NCBI GenBank assembly: GCA_038087875.1
Contig: CM075988.1
Span: 26,972,001 to 27,036,000 of the forward strand
DNA: 64,000 bases
DNA from: Malacoraja senta
Taxonomy: Eukaryota
Direction of reading: 5' to 3'
Shown: piece by piece, positions 51,950 through 64,000 of the stretch
Numbering within the stretch: the first letter of the stretch is position 1
How the letters are laid out: the number at the start of each line of letters is the position of its first letter
Notes under the pieces: model-generated
Told to the model about the DNA's origin: nothing
The model's database searches: none
Seen by the model: the letters and a program-made list of their open reading frames with translations, nothing else
Translations under genes and position numbers: made by a program

Positions 51950-52657
51950 TCCTTGCTGACCAAGCCTGCACAGCCTCTGTCCCCCAAACCTTTCCTGTCC
52001 ATGTTCCAGTCCAGTGTCTTTTAAATGTTGTAATTAGACTCACCTCTACCACTTTCTCTGGCAGCTTGTTCCAAATACCCACCACAGACTGGAGAAAACT
52101 TTGTTCCTCAGTTCTGCGTAAATCTTTCCTCTCTCACCTTAAACCTGTGCCTTTTAATTTTAGACTCACTTACCCTGGAGACCTGATATATAAAATAGAT
52201 AAGGTACCTTCTATGTCAGAACCTTCTTCCCTGAGTGGAAATGTTAAAGACGAGAGGGCGTACCTTTAAGTCAGAGGGGACAAGTTTAAATGAGATGATC
52301 TGTGTGTGTGTGGGTAGATGTTACTCAGATACTGGTGGGTGCTTGGAATGAGCTGACAACAATTCTGGTGTAAGGAGGTACGATAGAGACATTTAATAAA
52401 GATAGGCACGTGGATATGCAGGGGTCCCGTGCAAGCCAGGGAGATTAGTTGAACTTGACATCATGTTTGGTGCAAACATTGTGGGCCAGAGGACCCGATC
52501 CTGCGTGTACAGTTCTACGTATTACATTCTACCCTGGGGTCTGTGACTATTCACTTTATGTATGTCCCTGGTGATTTTATAAACCTCTGTAAAGTCAGCC
52601 CCAAGCCTCCTGAGTTCCAGGGATAAAAGTCCTTGCCTATCCAACCTCACCTTATAC
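51950..52657 (-). mobile_element. Old CR1 (minus) containing a nested CR1 (plus, ~52180-52530)
   Basis: Orientation switches minus/plus/minus; TACCCTGG at 52171-52178 and 52530-52537. Confidence 0.7.
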
Positions 52658-53659
52658 ACAGTTTGTTACAGAGATCCAATGTTTAGTTTCATTGTGCTGA
52701 CTGATGATGGCATTGAGTGGCAGTCCTCCCAATCCACTAGGATATTCCTGGATGCAGTAGCTTGGACATTGAGTCCTTCTAACCATCCCGCTGGGCATCA
52801 GGAGATGGTGAGAGGATGATGAGGGACGAGAGGCAGCATGAGAAGGTTCCCCAGGGTTGCTCCGAAAACCTCAAGGGCCCTGGGCTAGATTGTAGCTTTG
52901 GAAAAGATGAGTACAGAGAGGTGGGGAGTCAGCAACCAGGGAACTGCGCTGAAGAGAACATTAGGGAGGGATTGCTGGAAGGTCCCTTTCTCTCTATGGA
53001 ATACAAACATCTGACAGCAGGAGTATGGGCGCCATTACCCAGACCCACAGCCCCTCCACTAATGCCACTTGACCTATTGAGTCTTTGCATAATTTTCTGT
53101 TATATTTTTTATTTTTGATTCTTTAGAGACACAGCGTAAAAACAAACCCTTTGGCCCACTGGGTCCACACCGACCAACAATCACACATAAACAAGGTTTA
53201 TTCTACATACGAGGGATAATTTACAAAGCCAATTAACCTAAAAATATCCACGTCTTTGGAATGTGGAGGAAACCGGAGTACCTGGAGAAAACTACCAAGT
53301 CACAAGGAGAATGTACAAACTCCATACAGACAGCATCCATAAAGCCCTGTCTCACTGTGCGAGTTGACCCACGAGTGACCCCGAGTGAAAGACTCGTGGT
53401 TGCGTACGAGACTCCAAGTTTATGATCCAGAGTTTAACCGAGTTCCCACGGGTATGTCTAAGTTTGCCGTTTACGTCTCATTTCTGCGATGTTCCAAGTT
53501 CGTCTCCCGAGTGTACCAAGTTCCTCTCCCGTTAATCTTGAGGCAACAATGTATATCGACGTGTTAAAAAATCATCACATGTTAAAAAAATGATGTCATG
53601 CTTTTTTTTTACATACTTTAAAAAGCCTCCCTTGTTTAAATTGGCTCATTTGGAGAAAA

Positions 53660-54030
53660 TGTCTGCAAGAAGGCTATTGGAGTCCAGGATGGTGATGTTT
53701 TTTGTTCGAGTGCTGTATGCTGCAGCCCTTAATGTGATGCAAGGACGCTTGTGTAATGAAGGCAGAAGAGAGAGAGTAAAGAGGAAAATTAAGAAGAGGT
53801 CTCAGTGGGCGAAGCCCCTGTTTCAAAGGAGATCTCTCTTTGGACAGTATGAAAAGCTGCTTAATGTGCTGTGCGAAGAGGATAAATCTGCATTTAAAAA
53901 TTTCATCAGAATTTCACCTGAGCTCTTTAATGAGCTGAAGAATAACTTGGGACATCTGCTGATGAAACATGACATGGTATTGAGAAAGGCACTGGAACTG
54001 CACTTTGGGTTCTTATTTGCCATCGGGTAA
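53660..54030 (+). pseudogene. Truncated Harbinger (HARBI1-like) transposase N-terminus
   Basis: WAKPLFQRRSLFGQYEKLLNVLCEEDKSAFKNFIRISPELFNELKNNLGHLLMKHDMVLRKALE resembles the F.NF.R.S...F..L region that precedes the HTH of Harbinger transposases; no DDE domain visible. Confidence 0.75.
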
Positions 54031-54442
54031 AAGATTGTGATTATGGTCATGTTAAGAATTAAAAGTCATAAAATCAATGTGTGAAATGTGATTCTTATTT
54101 TTCAAAGTCTCTCATAGGAAACAATGAGCGTATAGAGCCCAGGCAGAGGGGGAGAAAGAGACGTACACTCACAGAGGCAGAGTCTCTCAGCCTGTGTGAG
54201 AGGGAGGGAGGGAGAGAGAGACACACACACAAGGTGGATGTGAAATCTCACCTGCCTGTTTCAGTGACCGGCACCCGCAGCCAGTGAAGGAAGACACCCC
54301 CATCTGTCTCCCCCTCCTCTCCCTCCACTCTCCACCCTCTCTCCTCCACCCCCCCCCCCCCTCACCCCCCCCCCCAATTTGGAAATGTCATCCCATCACC
54401 CATTCCTTCTCTCCAGAGATGCTGCCTGCCCGCTGAGTTAAA

Positions 54443-54820
54443 GAGTTCCCACTTGCAGCAGCATAACAGGCCAGTAAACACAATACTGTATATATATACT
54501 GCGCTCTAGGGCAAACTCATACTCATAGATAATATACTAAACAAAGATAATATATATTAAAAAATCCCGTATTATTGCAAAAATCCCAAAGTCCTTAGTG
54601 CAACCAAGGCAGTTTGTAGTTCATAGTTTAGTTAGCATTTGTAGCGTTCAAGAGCCCAATGGTTGTTGGGAAGAAGCTGTTCTTGAACCTGGAGGTCATG
54701 GTTTTCAGATTCTTATACCTTCTGCTTAGCAGGAATGAAATGAGAGCATGGCCAGGGTAGTGTGGGTCCATGACAATGCTGGCTGCCTTTTTGAGGCAGC
54801 ACCTCCTATAGAACCCTTTG
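54443..54820 (-). mobile_element. Rex1/Babar 3' fragment nested in the Harbinger element
   Basis: Reverse complement of RCCLKKAASIV.DPH.PGHAL...TSRFKNSFFPTTI.LLN plus 3' UTR. Confidence 0.75.
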
Positions 54821-55857
54821 ATTCAGTAAAGTTCAGTAAAGAGATCGGGAATCTGGCATCATGGCTTGAGAATAAAACCCAGCCTTTAACATCCGCATAA
54901 TGAAAGAGTTGGTGTTGTCCTACGGAACAGGGGTGCAGAAGAGGTGAACACAACCCTGTCTTCTTCAACAGCACTGGTAGAGATGGCTTCTGGACGTGAC
55001 TGGCAAACCTCAGATTAGGCTGCCATGAAGTGTCATAAAATGTTCTCACGCTGTTCCTCAATACTGGTTTGTCTTAAGGTTGTGAGCTCAGTCCCAAATA
55101 CACAAAATCAATATATAAACTTCAAGCAATTTTTTCTTTTCAACCCACTCTGTCACCTTATCAATAACTTGCTAAACATTGTTAAGCAGAATTTGTCTTT
55201 AAAAAGTCTATGTTGGTGTTCCTTAACTGATCCATACTTACCCAAATAACTGATATTTCTGTCCCTGATTATTGTTTCTAAAAAGAGTTCCCACGGTAGA
55301 CTCACGAGTCACAAAGTTAAACGCACGGGCCACTACGTTCTTACAACGAGTTTAAATGTTTCAAATTTTAACCTCAAGAGTACATTTTACTCGTGGAAAA
55401 GTTTATACATGTTTGAACTTTTTCAAGAGTTAACAAGTTTCACGGGTACCTGCCGTTAGCGCCACGAGTCGCTAAGTTGCGTCCACGAGTTCCGACATTC
55501 CCGCTACGTTAATTGTACGTGATTACCACGAGTTAAATTTGTTTTAAACTCGGGGTACCTCGTGGGTCAGCTCGCACAGTGAGACAGGGGTTTTAGTCGG
55601 GATCGAACCAGGGTCTCTGACACTGTAAGGCAGCAAGTCTACTGCTGTGCCACTGTGCCACCCCCATTATGGCCATTTAATCACAGTGTTAATCACATTA
55701 TACCTTAAGGACCTTCCTGCTTGAAGCAGATCATTGACAATTCTTGCCAGTTACATGTGAAAACTAGCACAACCACAATCTCTCATTTCCTTGTTCCTTT
55801 TCCCGAAACAGATTCCCTGCACATAATAGGTTGCAGTGATTCCAAGCATTTTCCAGT

Positions 55858-55990
55858 GTCTCTCACTCTCTCTCCCTCTGGCTCTCTCTCACGCTCTCCC
55901 TCTCTCTCGCTCGCTCACTCTCTCTCTCTCTTGCTCTCTCTCCACCTTTCTCTCTCTCCCTCCCCCTCTCTTTCTCACTCCCCTGTCTCA
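55858..55990. repeat. (CT)n-rich microsatellite
   Basis: Direct inspection. Confidence 0.9.
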
Positions 55991-56845
55991 CTTGCACACT
56001 CTCTGTGATAGGGTAATTAATGCTCAATATTCTGCACAATGACAAGCAAGGTGCATAAGTTCAGTAAACAATTCCCTACTTGCAAATGCAATGGAGATTG
56101 ACATCTATTATTGGTCACTTCTTAGTGAAAATAAATTGCCATTACGTTTAATTAACCATAATTATTTCCCCAGTGAGTAAATCAGGTTACTTTGCTTTTA
56201 ATATTTTGTGCCATCTTTTTCCTCATTTCTGTAATAGAACATGACAGTTTTCAAATGCAGTATCAACTGAAGATAATCGTACATGAGCAGTCGACAGCAA
56301 TCAACAGCTTTGATCAAACATTATTTTTAATAGGTTGAATGGGGAGACAGAGAGGAGGAAGCATGGTTTTGTGAAAGATTAAACCCTTAAATCACGCAGG
56401 GCTGATTGAAAGGCCAAAGATAACAGCAACAGAAATAGAGAATGTGACACAGGATACACTTGCTGAGTGCTGAGATTTTTAGTCCTCGGGCTACCAGAGA
56501 TGGAGATGGGTGTGGAGATATTCGGAGTGATAATTTCTAAGTCAAGGCATTGTTGAGAAGGTAGTGGTGATGATTTATGGATTGTATCTGCTTGGCTCAG
56601 GATTCAGAGAATTTGATTTGTAAAAAGAATAAACTAATTATTCACTTCAGCTAACCTGCAGCAGAGGATTAGTACGTAATTGCTTCTTCCAAGTATGTAT
56701 TTCCTCCTTCTGTATGACACTGGCTTGCTGGAGAACAAAACCAGTGACAAAAACAGAGTAGACAGGGAACCTTCAGTAGGTCAGGCAGCCTCTGTGGGAA
56801 GAGAGACCAAGTTAATGTAGGAGTCCATCAGAATTGGGACTGTAA

Positions 56846-57343
56846 AGGGCCCTTGACTCATACTCGCAGCATGGTCGACATGAGGTCGTAGGAGGTCTTC
56901 GTAACTCTCCTTCATGCTCGAGAGTGGTCTCCGTGTATTCGAGGCCACAGCGAGGTCGCGGCGTTTTTTTCAATATGTTAAAAAAATGCCCGCAAATAAA
57001 AAAAGGTCGCCATGGAAAAAAATCTATATATTTTTTACTCGTAGGTTTAGTCATAGTAGGTCGTAGTCGGTCGGCATGTTAGTCGTAGGTAATCGAGGGT
57101 AGTCGAAGGTAGTCGAAGGTAGTCGAAGGTAGTCGTAGATAGTCTTCATCATAGTCAAAGGGAGGTCGAAGGGAGGTCGAAGGAGGTTGGCTTCACTCTC
57201 CACTATTCGGTGTCCAATTTTCTCGAAGTTAGTCGCAGCTAGGCGTAGCTAGTCTTCAACATAGTCGAAGGAGGTCTTCAACATGACATTTTTTCAAACT
57301 CTCCTAAACTCGCCAATTAAGTCGCCCAAGTGGGACAGCCCCT
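56846..57343. mobile_element. Harbinger MITE family A, second copy with left TIR largely deleted
   Basis: Collinear and highly similar to 4293-4795; right TIR GTCGCCCAAGTGGGACAGCCCCT intact. Confidence 0.9.
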
Positions 57344-58715
57344 TCAGAAAACAAGTCAGTATTTCATTGCAGGGGGTGGGGGGGGGGGGACAACGACACT
57401 CACACACTGTCCACACACTCACACGCAGTGTCCACACTCACACGCAGTGTCCACACTCACACACTCACACACTGATACCAAGTACTTGAACACATTCTAG
57501 GCAAACACAACTATTACTAAATAAGTGACAAAGTGGTGGAGTAACTCAGCAGGTCATACATGTCATATTATATTCTCATCACTATGATATTATCACTATG
57601 ATAATGAAGCTGTCCTGAATTATAAAGAAGCTGCAATATTATTTCACAATGCCAGTGATCCTTTAAATTCATGTTATTATTTGATTTCAGGGAAGATTTC
57701 AGCAAAGGCTAATAAAGACATCATGGCTATTTCAAAGGGCCAGCATAGCCATGAGCATCGAATGGTCTCCTTCCAAGCTGCACCTTTATATGATTCTACA
57801 ATATTGACATTTTCCTCCTTGTTAACTTGGAGTTTCACGGTGCAGATTCCCAGATGTTCTTCATTAACAATATCCCTTTTGCAATTAGGTTTTGTTGTTT
57901 TACCATGATTTTATCCCATTATCTAGTCCAAAATCACTGCAATTTGTTGAATCATTTTGTGTGTGTTGTTCTTCCTTGTCCAAATCAACCAATTTTCATC
58001 CCACGGCATAATTCATCGTAACTCTGAAGCAGTACTTATTGATAGATTGAATCATTATTATAGCCTGTATATTTATCTATGATTTAATTTTCTGTGTGTT
58101 TAGAATTGCTCTTTCATGCATCATCAATATCAGCTTTTGCCAGGTCAAGGACACTCCACAATTGATGTTACCTGCGTTCAGTACATTGGCTCTTGGTAAC
58201 GTCAATTTAATGATTGTCTTAAAAAAACCCAGTAAATTAACAATAAAGTTAATACTGTAAGATAATTAAAAATGACAAGAATGGCAATAAATAAACATTA
58301 AAAAAAGATAATTAAGCACGAATTACAACCGTCAGAAAGGTCAATTGTGCCGATACATTGGCTAGCTTCAGATTGAGTTCTGAGTTTGACTGTAGTTTAA
58401 CTTACTTTTTCCTCTTTCTCTTCCTTCAGAATCATTTTTTTTTAAAATTAATTTGAATGTTCTATTTATAATATAAGCTATTTTGGTCCTTAGAACATTT
58501 TAAACCCAATGAAAAGACTTTCATTGAAATGAGTTAATTGAACTCATCAATCTTGCATCCTGGGCTGACAATAGGAGAACATAATTATTTTTCAAAGGAT
58601 ACAGCCATTGTTTGCTTATTATATAGTCTGTGACAGGATAGATGACCAACTCATCATTGTCTCCAACAAGGTGTGCTTGGCAAGGGGAAATTGTATTTCC
58701 CCTTGCCAATTCCCC

Positions 58716-60889
58716 TGGCAATTAGTTCTAAAAGGGTTGACGGTGGATATGCAATGGAAGGCATTTAAAGACTGCATGGATGAACTACAAAAATTGTTCA
58801 TCCCAGTTTGGCAAAAGAATAAATCAGGGAAGGTAGTGCATCCGTGGATAACAAGGGAAATCAGGGATAGTATCAAAGCAAAAGTTGAAGCGTACAAATT
58901 AGCCAGAAAAAGCAGCCGACCAGAGGACTGGGAGAAATTCAGAGACCAGCAGAGGAGGACAAAGGGCTTAATTAGGAAAGGGAAAATAGATTATGAAAGA
59001 AAACTGGCAGGGAACATAAAAACTGACTGCAAAAGTTTTTATAGATATGTGAAGAGAAAGAGATTAGTTAAAACAAATGTAGGTCCCTTGCAGTCAGAAA
59101 CAGGTGAATTGATCATGGGGAACAAGGATATGGCGGACCAATTGAATAACTACTTTGGTTCCGTCTTCACTAAGGAAGACATAAATAATCTGCCGGAAAT
59201 AGCAGGGGGCCGCGGGTCAAAGGAGATGGAGGAACTGAGTGAAATCCAGGTTAGTCGGGAAGTGGTGTTGGGTAAATTGAATGGATTAAAGGCCGATAAA
59301 TCACCAGGGCCAGAAAGGCTGCATCCCAGAGTACTTAAGGAAGTAGCTCCAGAAACAGTGGATGCATTAGTGATAATTTTTCAAAACTCTTTAGATTCTG
59401 GAGTAGTTCCTGAGGATTGGAGGGTAGCAAACGTAACCCCACTTTTTAAGACGGGAGGGAGAGAGAAAACGGGGAATTACAGACCAGTTAGTCTAACATC
59501 GGTAGTGGGGAAACTGCTAGAGTCAGTTATTAAAGATGGGATAGCAGCACATTTGGAAAGTGGTGAAATCATTGGACAAAGTCAGCATGGATTTACGAAA
59601 GGTAAATCGTGTCTGACGAATCTTATAGAATTTTTCGAGGATGTAACTAGTAGAGTGGATAGGGGAGAACCAGTGGATGTGTTGTATCTTGACTTTCAGA
59701 AGGCTTTCGACAAGGTACCACATAAGAGATTAGGATACAAACTTAAATCACACGGTATTGGGGGTTCAGTATTGATGTGGATAGAGAACTGGCTGGCAAA
59801 CAGGAAGCAAAGAGTAGGAGTAAAAGGGTCCTTTTCACAATGGCAGGCAGTGACTAGTGGGGTACCGCAAGGCTCAGTGCTGGGACCCCAGCTATTTACA
59901 ATTTATATTAATGATCTGGACGAGGGAATTGAAAGCAACATCTCCAAGTTTGCGGATGACACTAAGCTGGGGGGCAGTGTTAGCTGTGAGGAGGATGCTA
60001 GGAGACTGCAAGGTGACTTGGATAGGCTGGGTGAGTGGGCAAATGTTTGGCAGATGCAGTATAATGTGGATAAATGTGAGGTTATCCACTTTGGTGGCAA
60101 AAACGGGAAGGCAGACTATTATCTAAATGGTGGCCGATTAGGAAATGGGGAGATGCAGCGAGACCTGGGTGTTATGGTACACCAGTCATTGAAAGTAGGC
60201 ATGCAGGTGCAGCAGGCAGTGAAGAAAGCGAATGGTATGTTGGCCTTCATAGCAAGATGATTTGAGTATAGGAGCAGGGAGGTTCTACTGCAGTTGTACA
60301 GGGTCTTGGTGAGACCACACCTGGAGTATTGCGTACAGTTTTGGTCTCCAAATCTGAGGAAGGACATTATAGCCATAGAGGGAGTGCAGAGAAGGTTCAC
60401 CAGACTGATTCCTGGGATGTCAGGACTTTCATATGAAGAAAGACTGGATAGACTTGGCTTATAGTCGCTAGAATTTAGGAGATTGAGAGGGGATCTTATA
60501 GAAACGTACAAAATTCTTATGGGGTTGGACAGGCTAGATGCAGGAAGATTGTTCCCGATGTTGGGGAAGTCCAGGACAAGGGGTCACAGCTTAAGGATAA
60601 GGGGGAAATCCTTTAAGACCGAGATGAGGAAAATCTTTTTCACACAGAGAGTGGTGAATCTGTGGAACTCTCTGCCACAGAGGGTAGTTGAGGCCAGTTC
60701 ATTGGCTATATTTAAGAGGGAGTTAGATGTGGCCCTTGTGGCTAAAGGGATCAGGGGGTATGGAGAGAAGGCAGGTATGGGATACTGAGTTGGATGATCA
60801 GCCATGATCATATTGAATGGCGGTGCAGGCTCGAAGGGCCGAATGGCCTACTCCTGCACCTATTTTCTATGTATCTATGTATCTATGTA
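58716..60889 (+). mobile_element. Young CR1/HER1 LINE, 5'-truncated, complete RT domain, two nonsense mutations
   Basis: KSPGP, NYRPVSLTS, QHGF, YLDFQKAFDKV, GVPQGSVLGP, FADD; TGA at 60258-60260 and TAG at 60462-60464; (TATGTATC)n tail. Confidence 0.98.
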
Positions 60890-61486
60890 ACTCAGTCATC
60901 TCGAAAGTAAACTAAACTAAAGTAAAACAAATCCTCAAGAAGAGAGTTTATCCTCATGTCCGTTGGATGTAAATTGCATTTATGTGCGTTTAGTACATAA
61001 CATACATACATAAAAATTAGCTGGAGTCGACCATTTGGCCCTTCGAGGCTGCTAATTGTGGCTAATCTTCTATCTTAGTGATTTTCCCTGAACTATTGAT
61101 GTTTCTGAATGCCCGGAAGCTTGTCTTTCTATGTTCTCAATCGACAGCCTATTGGGATAAAGATTCGCAATGAACAAATGTCACCTCATCTGAGACTGAA
61201 ATGCCTTCTCCTTATTTAGAGATTGTGAATAAGACTCTCAATTTCACCATCTCAATATTTTAAAAGTTCAAATTTGAATAGCTTTTTATATATCACCGTT
61301 AGAGAGTGTTTGTGTACAACTTAGTCTCCTCTATAGTACTGTGTCCAACACAGATTGGTTCATTGCTCATGAGTAGCTCAGGTCTGTCAGCAAGCTTGAC
61401 CCTTGAGCACCCAATTGCTGGTCATTTCAATTCTCTGTCCCTCTAACCCTCAGCCTGATGTCGTTTCTGTGCCCCTGAACCTCAAG

Positions 61487-63257
61487 CATAGATACATAGA
61501 AAATAGGTGCAGGAGTAGGCCATTCGGCCCTTCGAGCCTGCACCGCCATTCAATATGATCATGGCTGATCATCCAACTCAGTATCCCGTACCTGCCTTCT
61601 CTCCATACCCCCTGATCCCTTTAGCCACAAGGGCCACATCTAACTCCCTCTTAAATATAGCCAATGAACTGGCCTCAACTAACCTCTGTGGCAGAGAGTT
61701 CCAGAGATTCACCACTCTCTGTGTGAAAAAGTTTTTTCTCATCTCGGTCTTAAAGGATTTCCCCCTTATCCTTAAGCTGTGACCCCTTGTCCTGGACTTC
61801 CCCAACATCGGGAACAATCTTCCTGCATCTAGCCTGTCCAACCCCATAAGAATTTTGTACGTTTCTATAAGATCCCCTCTCAATCTCCTAAATTCTAGCG
61901 AGTATAAGCCAAGTCTATCCAGTCTTTCTTAATATGAAAGTCCTGACATCCCAGGAATCAGTCTGGTGAACCTTCTCTGCATTCCCTCTATGGCTATAAT
62001 GTCCTTCCTCAGATTTGGAGACCAAAACTGTACGCAATACTCCAGGTGTGGTCTCACCAAGACCCTGTACAACTGCAGTAGAACCTCCCTCCTCCTATAC
62101 TCAAATCCTTTTGCTATGAAAGCTAACATACCATTCGCTTTCTTCACTGCCTGCTGCACCTGCATGCCTACTTTCAATGACTGGTGTACCATGACACCCA
62201 GGTCTCGCTGCATCTCCCCTTTTCCTAATCGGCCACCATTTAGATAATAGTCTGCTTTCCTGTTTTTGCCACCAAAGTGGATAACCTCACATTTATCCAC
62301 ATTATACTGCATCTGCCAAACATTTGCCCACTCACCCAGCCTATCCAAGTCACCTTGCAGTCTCCTAGCATCCTCCTCACAGCTAACACTGCCCCCCAGC
62401 TTAGTGTCATCCGCAAACTTGGAGATGTTGCCTTCAATTCCCTCATCCAGGTCATTAATATAAATTGTAAATAGCTGGGGTCCCAGCACTGAGCCTTGCG
62501 GTACCCCACTAGTCACTGCCTGCCATTGTGAAAAGGACCCGTTTACTCCTACTCTTTGCTTCCTGTTTGCCAGCCAGTTCTCTATCCACATCAATACTGA
62601 ACCCCAAATACCGTGTGCTTTAAGTTTGTATACTAATCTCTTATGTGGGACATTGTCAAAAGCCTTCTGAAAGTCCAGATACAACACATCCACTGGTTCT
62701 CCCCTATCCACTCTACTAGTTACATCCTCGAAAAATTCTATAAGATTCGTCAGACACGATTTACCTTTCGTAAATCCATGCTGACTTTGTCCAATGATTT
62801 CACCACTTTCCAAATGTGCTGCTATCCCATCTTTAATAAGTGACTCTAGCAGTTTCCCCACTACCGATGTTAGACTAACTGGTCTGTAATTCCCCGTTTT
62901 CTCTCTCCCTCCCTTCTTAAAAAGTGGGGTTATGTTTGCTACCCTCCAATCCTCAGGAACTACTCCAGAATCTAAAGAGTTTTGAAAAATTATCACTAAT
63001 GCATCCACTATTTCTGGAGCTACTTCCTTAAGTACTCTGGGATGCAGCCTATCTGGCCCTGGTGATTTATCGGCCTTTAATCCATTCAATTTACCCAACA
63101 CCACTTCCCGACTAACCTGGATTTCACTCAGTTCCTCCATCTCCTTTGACCCGCGGTCCCCTGCTATTTCCGACAGATTATTTATGTCTTCCTTAGTGAA
63201 GACGGAACCAAAGTAGTTATTCAATTGGTCCGCCATATCCTTGTTCCCCATGATCAA
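61487..63257 (-). mobile_element. Young CR1/HER1 LINE, 5'-truncated, one nonsense mutation
   Basis: ORFs 61929-63416 and 61578-61883 near-identical to the plus copy; TAA at 61929-61931. Confidence 0.98.
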
Positions 63258-63419
63258 GGTTTGGGCATTGATTGGGTTTCCTCCAGGTGCATCTGCTTCC
63301 TCCCATATTCCAAAGACAAGCTGGGGGGTGAACTGGCTGCAGTAAATGACTCCTTTGTGTGGGTACGTAACATAGAGAAGATGATGAGTATCTGCAAGAG
63401 AGCAAGTTACAAGCAATAG

Positions 63420-63703
63420 GGGACAAGGATTTGTTTCCAGCTGTTATCAGGCAACTGAACCATCCTACCACAACTAGAGAGCAGTGCTGCTGAACTACGA
63501 TCCACCTCATCGGGGACCCTCACACTATCTTTGATCAGACTTTACTGGCTTTACCTTGCACTAAATGTTACTTTCTTAACGTACAGTGTATACTGTAAAT
63601 ACTCAGTATTAATCATGTATTGTCTTTCCACTGGCTGGGTAGCACATAACAAAAGCTTTTTACTGTACCTCGGTAATCGTGACAATAAACTAAACTGAAC
63701 TGA
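63420..63703 (+). mobile_element. Rex1/Babar-type 3' end
   Basis: tttccagctgttatcaggcaactgaac...aaaagctttttactgtacctcggta...gacaataaactaaactgaactgaa. Confidence 0.7.
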
Positions 63704-64000
63704 AGGAAGGGTGAATGGTGCTGATGGGAAAGACTTGCTTGGCACATGAAGCCAATCAGATGAACACTTCCTTCTGTTTCATAATACATTGACACTTTCC
63801 AATATTTAATGTAACAAATTCATGCCTTGACATTGGTGCCAGATTTGTGGGTGGGGTACCAGTAATGCTGCAGCTTTTGCCATTCACAGCTTGTTTCTTT
63901 TGTTTGACATCTCTCTTTGCATCACCATTTTATAGGCTGTATCTTTTAATCGATCACCTGCCCTCCCTTTGCTTCCTCACCCATCCTTATTCCACTAGTT

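Larger units (their letters stand above)
53342..55592 (+). mobile_element. Internally deleted PIF/Harbinger DNA transposon
   Basis: TIRs AAGCCCTGTCTCACTGTGCGAGTTGACCCACGAG / CTCGTGGGTCAGCTCGCACAGTGAGACAGGGGTT; flanks ATA and TTA; transposase N-terminal remnant inside. Confidence 0.88.
53120..55663 (-). mobile_element. HE1-type SINE split by a Harbinger insertion (53120-53341 and 55593-55663)
   Basis: ...caaactccatacagacagcatcca[insert]tagtcgggatcgaaccaggg... rejoins into the HE1 reverse complement. Confidence 0.85.

Noticed and set aside
58608..60260. 550-aa reverse transcriptase ORF as a functional gene or a retron/DGR-type system
   Set aside because: It is CR1 ORF2 lacking the endonuclease domain, with nonsense mutations; the first ~36 aa come from flanking DNA.
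61929..63416. 495-aa RT ORF with a novel N-terminus
   Set aside because: The N-terminal ~53 aa are read-through from an adjacent SINE-like fragment beyond the 5' truncation point at 63257.

Overview
Eukaryotic, repeat-rich non-coding DNA, most likely from a cartilaginous fish (skate/ray-like). This is inferred from HE1-type V-SINEs, HER1/CR1 LINEs and Deu-domain SINE relics, all recognised by eye. I could not recognise any host protein-coding gene: the long ORFs are CR1 ORF2 fragments or microsatellite artefacts. The window holds many CR1 copies (three young ones, two of them forming a ~1.77 kb inverted pair), Rex1/Babar, RTE and Penelope-like (PLE) fragments, and four PIF/Harbinger-type TIR elements, one with a transposase remnant. 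It also holds long microsatellites, a 28-bp minisatellite and three short interstitial telomeric tracts. The most interesting signal is more than a dozen ~100-230 bp PLE-terminal units carrying a minimal type I hammerhead ribozyme core (CUGAAGA-A-stem II-GAAAC-GUH). Many sit alone or head-to-head between 8-17 bp direct repeats, which suggests a self-cleaving, independently mobilised, retrozyme-like mini-element. No database searches or folding programs were run, and boundaries of degraded repeats are approximate.
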